NCBI GenBank assembly: GCA_964016885.1
Contig: OZ024750.1
Span: forward strand, 43,958,001 to 44,022,000
From: Eledone cirrhosa
Lineage: Eukaryota
Length of the DNA: 64,000 nt
Direction of reading: 5' to 3'
Part shown: one piece after another, positions 55,043-64,000 of the stretch
Layout: each line of letters starts with the position of its first letter
Numbering within the stretch: the stretch's first letter is position 1
Made by a program: the position numbers and the translations under genes
The notes under the pieces: generated by a model
Told to the model about the DNA's origin: nothing
What the model saw: the letters and a program-made list of their open reading frames with translations, nothing else
The model's database searches: none

Positions 55043-56820
55043 ATGGAATTAAATAAGTACATAAATAAAATTAGATAACATGAAATGAAATAAAATAAAA
55101 TAAAATGAAATAAAGTAAATTGAGATAAGATATATATTTTTTTAGAATATATCTCTTGAATATATCAGGGGCCCACGAAGGCACTAAGTGTCACAGTTAT
55201 GTGTATCACTTGACCATTTTTTAAAAATATATTTCTTGAAAATATCAGGGGCCCACGAAGGCACTAAGTGTCACAGTCACCAGTATCACTTGACCATTGC
55301 AAGGCAATGGAGGCGTCCCAGGCTGGGCAGTCTCAAAAGTTCACTCGAAAGTCGCGGGTGTGCATTCACACAGTTGAGCGGTGGGGTAATCACAAACCGG
55401 TTCACACCCGGGCAGGAGTCCAATGGTCAGAGAGAGGTGCATCGAAGGAAGGTAGGAGAATTCACGTGCATTAGCAAGCGAAGTGCAGGCGGGTTAGCCA
55501 AAGCAAGCAGACACAGTTGGAGCGCATACAAAAGATATATAAAAAGACAGAAGATATATAAAAAATAGCTTCAAGAGCCATGAAGTCACCGCATTGGGAC
55601 ATCACAAGATTGTACACATCAATATGTTCAGCACGTATATGCACATATACACACCACATGCATATGTAGAGACGGTATACATATATATATATATATTTTT
55701 TTATATACAGACATATACAACCACCTACACCCATACACATATAAATGTATACACGGACACACACGCACACACACACAGCGTAGGACACCCGGGTCAAAGC
55801 TGATATTAAACACCGAAATACCACATTAGGCCAGACCCACCACCACGGATAATACATTCAAAATAAATACATACGATGAGATATAGTAAAATAAAGTTGA
55901 AATCCTACGGAGATAATCGTGTCCGCACGTGCCATTGCCCGATTCAAGTGTACACCATTTTACTACATTTATTTTACTACATCTCATCGTATGTATTGAT
56001 TTTGAATGTATTATCCGTGGTGGTGGGTCTGGCCTAATGTGGTATTTCGGTGTTTAATATCAGCTTTGACCCGGGTGTTCTACGCTGTGTGTGTGTGCGT
56101 GTGTGTCCGTGTATACATTTATATGTGTATGGGTGTAGGTGGTTGTATATGTCTGTATATAAAAAAAAATATATATATATATGTATACCGTCTCTACATA
56201 TGCATGTGGTGTGTATATGTGCATATACGTGCTGAACATATTGATGTGTACAATCTTGTGATGTCCCAATGCGGTGACTTCATGGCTCTTGAAGCTATTT
56301 TTTATATATCTTCTGTCTTTTTATATATCTTTTGTATGCGCTCCAACTGTGTCTGCTTGCTTTGGCTAACCCGCCTGCACTTCGCTTGCTAATGCACGTG
56401 AATTCTCCTACCTTCCTTCGATGCACCTCTCTCTGACCATTGGACTCCTGCCCGGGTGTGAACCGGTTTGTGATTACCCCACCGCTCAACTGTGTGAATG
56501 CACACCCGCGACTTTCGAGTAAACTTTTGAGACTGCCCAACCTGGGACGCCTCCATTGCCTAGCAATGGTCAAGTGATACTGGTGACTGTGACACTTAGT
56601 GCCTTCGTGGGCCCCTGATATTTTCAAGAAATATATTTTTAAAAAATGACCAAGTGATACACATAACTGTGACACTTAGTGCCTACGTGGGCCCCTGATA
56701 TATTCAAGAGATATATTCTAAAAAAATATATATCTTATCTCAATTTACTTTATTTCATTTTATTTTATTTTATTTCATTTCATGTTATCTAATTTTATTT
56801 ATGTACTTATTTAATTCCAT

Positions 56821-56855
<35 letters not shown>

Positions 56856-56856
56856 C

Positions 56857-56888
<32 letters not shown>

Positions 56889-57640
56889 ATTTAATATTAA
56901 TTTTAATTTTAATTTTATTTATTTATTTAATTTTAATTATTTATTTATTTATTTATTTATTTAATTTAATTACATTTAATTATATCTTATTTTATATTAT
57001 TTTAATTTAGTCTATTTTATTTTATTTTATTTTAGTTTACCTTATTTTATCTTATTTTATCTTATTTTATGATTATATTATGTTCTATTTTATATAATTT
57101 TAATTTTAATTTTATATTATTTTATCTCATTCCTTACCCTGTATCACTATTATCTGTATATTTTATATTTTATATGTAAGTTTGTTATGTATTTCTTTAT
57201 ATTTTCTTATATATATTATAAGTCTGTTTTTCACCTATTTTTTACCTACTCTTACCTAATCCTATCTATCTTATCTACTCTTGTCTGTTCTCTTATCCAT
57301 GTGTATGCTTGTATGTAACTATATGTTGACAGCACCCCGCCCAACTGTGACTGATAGCACCCCTTATTTTTCATTGTTTATTTTATTATCTTATTTTTAT
57401 TTTTATTTTTATTTTTATTTTTATTTTTATTTTTATTTTTATTTTTATTTTTATTTTTATTTTTATTTTTATTTTTATTTTTATTTTTATTTTTATTTTT
57501 ATTTTTATTTTTATTTTTATTTTTATTCCTATCTTTATTTTTACTTTTACTTCCTTAATATCCTTTATCGTCTATTATTATTTTTCATTCTTCAATGTCT
57601 TGGATTTGTTATTGCTTGTATGGTATGTAATTAACCTTTA

Positions 57641-57686
57641 TGCTCTGATGAGTCCCACTTATAGTGCGGATGAAACAATGTTAGCA
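57641..57686 (+). ncRNA. Type I hammerhead, right arm
   Basis: Same sequence as the left-arm motif. Confidence 0.82.
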
Positions 57687-57889
57687 AGTAAAGATATGCA
57701 TATGCTATAGGCGTTCTTTGTTATTTATTATATTATATATTTACATATATATGTTTATATATATATATTTATATATATATTTATATATATATATATTTAT
57801 ATATATATATGTATATATATATATTTATATATATATATTTATATATATATTTATATATATATATATTTATATATATATATGTATATATA

Positions 57890-58327
57890 TGCAAAGTTTT
57901 ATTTAAATTGTTGGGTTACAACGAGTAAATATTTATAACTGATATAAAAGCACTAAACAAGTATTTGGAGTATATTTACGATATTAAATAAATGGAAACT
58001 ATATTTATAAAACCATATTTATTTCATTATATATTTTTCAGGGATATCATATTAAAAATATGGTATGCCTTCTTCAGACAAAATACAATATAAACAGTCT
58101 TATAAATAGATAGATTTGACATACCTTACAACTTCAACTTCCATTTAAAAAGTTTTTAAATGGAAGTTGAAGTTGTAAGGTATGTCAAATCTATCTATTT
58201 ATAAGACTGTTTATATTGTATTTTGTCTGAAGAAGGCATACCATATTTTTAATATGATATCCCTGAAATATATATAATGAAATAAATATGGTTTTATAAA
58301 TATAGTTTCCATTTATTTAATATCGTA
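57890..58327. mobile_element. Fold-back element with 175-bp arms around a 1-nt loop at 58152, a left tail and a decayed hammerhead in each arm
   Basis: 58227-58268 reads CUGAAGA agg c ata c catatt ttt aatatg a tat c cct GAAA; cleavage-site region degenerate. Confidence 0.82.
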
Positions 58328-58498
58328 TATGTATATATATATATATGTATATATATATATTTATATATATATATTTATATATATATATATTTATATTTAT
58401 ATATATATTTATTTATATTTATATATATATATATTTATATTTATATATATATATTTATATATGATGTGTTGGTATACAACCAACATAAACTCAAAATC

Positions 58499-58535
<37 letters not shown>

Positions 58536-58632
58536 GTAAGAGGTGAGTTTTACTGTAGTACAATAAAATAGTAGTACATTTAAAACTGCACTATCCACAA
58601 GTGTTTTTTAGCCTTCATATCATGTTCTCCTG

Positions 58633-58699
58633 TTTTATCTGATGAAAACACAAATATTATTGCATGATGATGTTTGTTTTTGAAATGCGCATAATAAAA
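58633..58699 (+). ncRNA. Type I hammerhead with long stem II
   Basis: ttttat CUGAUGA aaacacaaatattattgcatgatgatgtttgttttt GAAA tgcgca UA ataaaa. Confidence 0.85.
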
Positions 58700-59224
58700 T
58701 ACATTGAACTCCTTTAACCATCTTTTGATCTTATATTATATTTATATATATATATTTATATATATATATATATATTTATATATATTATATATATATATAT
58801 CTTTATATTTATATATATATATTTATATTTATATATATATATATTTATATATATATATATTTATATTTATATATATATATATTTATATTTATATATATAT
58901 ATATTTATATTTATATATATATATTTATATATATTTATATATATTTACATATGAATGTATATATAGTGTATTTTTCAATACACTGTATGCTTAATTAAAA
59001 GCATTTCGAAGACCTTATGCTATTGTTTTAGAGTAGTGTCAGACTCACTTATTTTAATTTTCATCAAATAGGGGAGATAAAGCTGACAGGGTCCTGTTTC
59101 GCATTTATTGATGCTTATCAAAACCAACTACACCTCCTGTTTGCTGAAATCATGGATGTTTGGTTCTTATAGAATTCTAGTAAATAATAAAAAACTGCAA
59201 AATAAACTATATATACATTCATAT

Positions 59225-59348
<124 letters not shown>

Positions 59349-59520
59349 GTATATATATTCATATTTATATATATATACATATATTTATATTTATATTTAT
59401 ATTTATATATATATACATATATATAAATATATATATATTTATATTTATATATATATACATATACATATATATATATATATTTATATTTATATATATATAT
59501 ATATATACATGTATATATTT

Positions 59521-59690
59521 ATATTGTTATACTTTGGGAGGGTCATGTTGCCAATAAGAAACACACGCACCAGTACTTGTGCGTGTGTTTCTTATTGGCA
59601 ACATGACCCTCCCAAAGTATAACAATATCGGTTTCAACACACGATTTCAGATAAAGAATCTTGCTAATCAAATTCAGAAACGAAATATAT
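59521..59690. mobile_element. Fold-back copy (50-bp arms plus right tail) of the 33553-33950 family, truncated downstream of the hammerhead
   Basis: atattgttatactttgggagggtcatgttgccaataagaaacacacgcac / reverse complement followed by cggtttcaacacacg...cagaaacgaaat. Confidence 0.85.
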
Positions 59691-59739
59691 ATTTATATTT
59701 ATATATATATACATATATATATATATAGATATATATTTA

Positions 59740-59809
<70 letters not shown>

Positions 59810-59814
59810 TATAA

Positions 59815-59845
<31 letters not shown>

Positions 59846-59866
59846 AATATATAAATATATAAATTA

Positions 59867-59979
<113 letters not shown>

Positions 59980-60037
59980 AAAATATAAATATATATATAT
60001 ATATATATATGAATTTATATTTATATATAAACATACA

Positions 60038-60122
<85 letters not shown>

Positions 60123-60142
60123 GTATATATATATAAATATAA

Positions 60143-60379
<237 letters not shown>

Positions 60380-61234
60380 TGTATCTACCAATGTACTTAG
60401 TCTAAGATTCACAACAATTTAGCATCATTGTTAAGGAGTGTATTATTATGAAATACAATATACTTTGTTACTTAAGTGTCTTTACAATAGATCTCTCAAT
60501 TTAACAAGTGTAAAACTTTTTAAGTCAATACGTTAAAAACGTTAAAATTCTCCTAAAAATATATAATAATAATATATCAGAAAAAAATCTTAAGTAAATT
60601 CATACAAAATTACACAAGAAAATATATACTGAATTTCGTCTATATATTAGCTGTGTGTCAATCAGGTGTGTTTATACTTTGTTTTTGTGTGTGTTTATAT
60701 ATATTTGCCTATACTTATACCATTCAGATTATTTACTATGTTCTCAAATATCTGTTGTATTCCGAAGGTTATTTAACAAAATTTACCGATAACAATAACG
60801 AAGTATGTAAATGTTTAAGATAACTTCTTGTTAAGTTTATAATTCCCCCGGTGATTTTCACTCTATATATATACGCATATATACATATATTCACATATAC
60901 ATATATATATACGTCTGCATACTCGTATGGATCTGTATGTGTATATATATATATATATATATGTGTATATGAGTGTGTGTGTAGAAAAGAAAGTTTCTTT
61001 ATATTTCACACTGTTAAAGATATAAAGTTGAAAATGCACTTTATATCTTTCACTAATCCGAAAGAGCTTCAGGAATATTCAAGGTGAAATAAGGTACTCA
61101 ATACTTTATTAGAGAATTTTATATAGAACTGGCTTGATTTGTTTCATTCGTGTGATCTCATCAGGAATGTCTTAATGTTTTCATCCGAATGAAACAGTTT
61201 TAATCCTGTAAAAGTCATTTCTATTATACATATG

Positions 61235-61437
61235 TATGGAAGGTAATATGAGTAGTGGTAGAACACTCAGGCCATGGGGTGAGTTAGGTAGAAGTGGTTA
61301 CATAACAGTTAGTTCACCATACCGAGAACAATTTTTTCACCTTAGCGGATCCTCAGCTCGTAATAAAATTACGAGCTGAGGATCCGCTAAGGTGAAACAA
61401 TTGTTCTCGGTATGGTGAACTAACTGTTATGTAACCA

Positions 61438-61440
<3 letters not shown>
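61235..61440. mobile_element. Fold-back element with 73-bp arms, each containing a hammerhead; same family as the PLE 3' end at 48270-48348
   Basis: 61372-61409 (+) reads cgag CUGAGGA t cc gctaa gg t GAAA caattg UU ctcg; mirror copy at 61323-61360 has one stem III mutation. Confidence 0.85.
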
Positions 61441-61480
<40 letters not shown>

Positions 61481-62083
61481 TAAAAGATGGCGTAGGACAG
61501 AACAAAGGAGAGGCACAAAAACAAAGAAAAGAATCCCCAGTCACTGAATAGGTCATAATATATATATAATATACTTATGAGTTCGATTACTTGGCCGGGT
61601 GATTCGTTATGTCCTTGAGCAAGACACTTTATTTCACATTGCTCCTTCTACCTGGAGTTGCGACCGATAGATAGTATTAGCAACTGGAAAGACCAGTGGA
61701 AACATTGTTTCCTCGGTCCGATTTGACGAAAGTCGATCGATCCTTTTTAATATATATATATATATATTCGGCCTTCATCGGTCTGTAATGGCCATGGGTT
61801 TGGACTTGGAAATTTCCCCTAGTAGTCACAAGCCTGGGCAAGGTTTGTTTGTGCAAGACCATCAATCACCCATACATGTCAGTCTCCAATCTCCACGGCA
61901 CAGATGTTTACTAAGGGAAAGCGTTAACCGATACACCTTGACATCGTTTGTATAGCTGGAGTGAACTGGAGTACGTCAAATGAATTGTCTTGCTCAAGGA
62001 CAGAGCGCTTCACTCGGTCTGAGAATCGAACTCACAACCAGACAATTGCAAGACCAACGCTCAACCTACGAAGCTATGACTTC

Positions 62084-62158
<75 letters not shown>

Positions 62159-62339
62159 AGGGGGTGAGTTTTATTGTAGTACAATAAAGCAATGCAGATA
62201 TCGGATAAGAAGCACTCTACAGTTTGTAAGACTAGAGTATAAATAATATATAAGATCAAAAGATGGTTAAAAGAGTTGATATGTTGATTTAAAAGTGCAC
62301 TATTCACAGGTGTATTTTAACCTTCATATCATGTCTTTC

Positions 62340-62410
62340 TATTTTATCTGACGAAAACACAAATGTTATTGGATGATGATATTTGTTTTTGAAATGCGCA
62401 TAATAAAATA
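62340..62410 (+). ncRNA. Type I hammerhead with long stem II, in element 62157-62443
   Basis: tattttat CUGACGA aaacacaaatgttattggatgatgatatttgttttt GAAA tgcgca UA ataaaata. Confidence 0.85.
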
Positions 62411-62440
62411 CATGGAACTCTTTTAACCATCTTTTGATCT

Positions 62441-62471
<31 letters not shown>

Positions 62472-62472
62472 A

Positions 62473-62832
62473 TCATCATCATCATCATTTTACGTCCGCT
62501 TTTCCCTGCTTGTAAGGGTGGGACGGGAACTGATTCTGGCTTGATTTCTACAGCTGGATGCCCTTCCTAACACCAACCTCATTTACAGTGAGTGCTGGGT
62601 GCTTTTTTTCCGTGGCACCTTCACGACCACTTTGCAGTGGAATGATATGGACCCCAGTCCCTATCATCTCATTTCTACAGCTGAGTAAACTGGAGCAATG
62701 TGAAATAAAGTGTCTTGCTCAAGGAAACAACACATCACCCGGTCTGGAAACAACACCTCTCCCGGTCTAGGAAGCAACACATCACCCGGTCTGGAAACAA
62801 CACATCTCCCGGTCTAGGAAACAACACATCAC
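62473..62832 (-). mobile_element. SINE/RTE-type tail ending (ATG)n plus a CORE-like SINE fragment with short tandem duplications
   Basis: Minus strand ggtgttaggaagggcatccagctgtagaaa...aaagcggacgtaaaatgatgatg; tccttgagcaagacactttatttcac. Confidence 0.65.
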
Positions 62833-62833
62833 A

Positions 62834-62867
<34 letters not shown>

Positions 62868-63119
62868 TGAGTCCGGGGTTCAATCGGGGGTAAACACAAT
62901 AAGTAAGGTACTCAATACATTAGTAGAGTGTATACAATATAATTTAATATAGAATGGCTTCTACAGGACTAGAACTGTTTCATTCAGAGAAAATCAGCAG
63001 GAAAAGCTTTTCTTGATTATTTCCTTGGAATGAAACAATTCTAGTCCTGTAGAAGCCATTTCTATATTAAATTTTATTATACACACACATACACACACAC
63101 ATATATATACAATTATAGA

Positions 63120-63308
63120 GATTCTACTTTTGGCACAAAGCCAGCAATTACCCCAGTGTATTATTGGTACTTTATTTTATCGACCCTGTAAGGATGAAAG
63201 ACAAAGTTAAACCTCGGCGGATTTGAACTCAGAATACAAAGGGCCATAACTCTATACTGTAAAAGCAAGGTGTCTGACGCTCTACCGATACTGCCAAACC
63301 ACGGCCCT
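63120..63308 (-). mobile_element. Abundant SINE copy
   Basis: Family motifs. Confidence 0.82.
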
Positions 63309-63855
63309 CTATACAGTTATATATATTACACAGCATAGACATATATTGTGTTCCCCTGTAGTATAACATAACATTTTACAAATATCTCTCATTGTCTTAT
63401 GTTATTACATCAAGTAACATTACACAACGTAATGTTATATAGAATTATATAATAACATAATGTAAAATTATCTATTTTAGCACCAAATATATTTTACTTA
63501 TTGCTTATGTTAAACAATTACTCTCATGTGAAAATAAATTCTTTCGATTTGCTGCGATGCATATAAACTACAGATGTTATAGGAAAATAAAATATTCTGA
63601 TAGAACAATGCTACATTATAAATCTTGTATTTTTATGAAAAAAATCATTTCTAATTGCGACTAGATAAAATGATATATTTGCACTGAAAAGCTACCAAGA
63701 AAAAAAATCAAACGAATTTGCTCTCCTCATATTTTTTGCTAATTCCTTTCAGCTTCTTCGAGAGAAAATGTCTTAAATTTAGAACCTTAATTATCCTGCC
63801 AACATAGTTTCTTTTATCCCTAAAATCTATTTTTTATGTTGCTGATATGAAACAG

Positions 63856-63946
63856 GGAATGGCATGCGCTTGTCATTTACCAGAATGTAGAAGTAGCACC
63901 ACTTATTAAAAGTCAGAGACATGTAGCGGGGTTTGACATCTGTATG
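63856..63946 (+). CDS. Candidate 91-bp host exon (EWHALVIYQNVEVAPLIKSQRHVAGFDICM); product unknown
   Basis: aaacag| acceptor (weak pyrimidine tract), consensus donor |gtaagt, open frame. Confidence 0.28.
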
Positions 63947-64000
63947 GTAAGTAATTGGTGATTGAAATGAAATGATGTTACTACTAGCCAACATAGATTT

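Larger units (their letters stand above)
54055..57733. mobile_element. ~3.7 kb ORF-less fold-back element: arms ~54147-55895 and ~55968-57733, 72-nt spacer, ~90-bp extra tail on the left
   Basis: Mirror ORFs in the track; arms differ by scattered SNPs and (TAAAAA)n length; (TA)n on both flanks. Confidence 0.9.

Noticed and set aside
55188-56675. Mirror-image 126-128 aa ORFs
   Set aside because: A consequence of the inverted repeat; non-ATG or low-complexity and no recognisable domain

Overview
This is AT-rich eukaryotic intronic or intergenic DNA. The SINE families resemble those of octopod cephalopods, which is my recognition rather than a database result. The window is dominated by (TA)n/(CA)n/(TC)n/(CAC)n microsatellites and two minisatellites. 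Transposon content includes more than 25 tRNA-derived SINE copies, fragments of Tx1, R4/Dong, CR1 and Penelope-like (PLE) retrotransposons, a Tc1/mariner relic, a hAT MITE and a non-autonomous Helitron. Almost all long ORFs in the track are microsatellite artefacts. No host gene is identifiable; three weak candidate exons are noted. The main hidden signal, read by eye, is about 12 intact and about 8 decayed type I hammerhead ribozyme motifs (stem I-CUGANGA-stem II-GAAA-palindromic stem III-UH-stem I'). They belong to roughly 10 distinct short element families embedded in (TA)n tracts. Most of these elements form asymmetric fold-back palindromes: a 5'-truncated sense copy plus an inverted copy with a longer 3' tail. 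One family is physically linked to a PLE GIY-YIG C-terminus. One locus has two identical hammerheads 499 bp apart (retrozyme/circRNA-like), one hammerhead carries an 82-nt branched insert in loop 2, and one element is a ~3.7 kb ORF-less inverted repeat with a hammerhead at each end.
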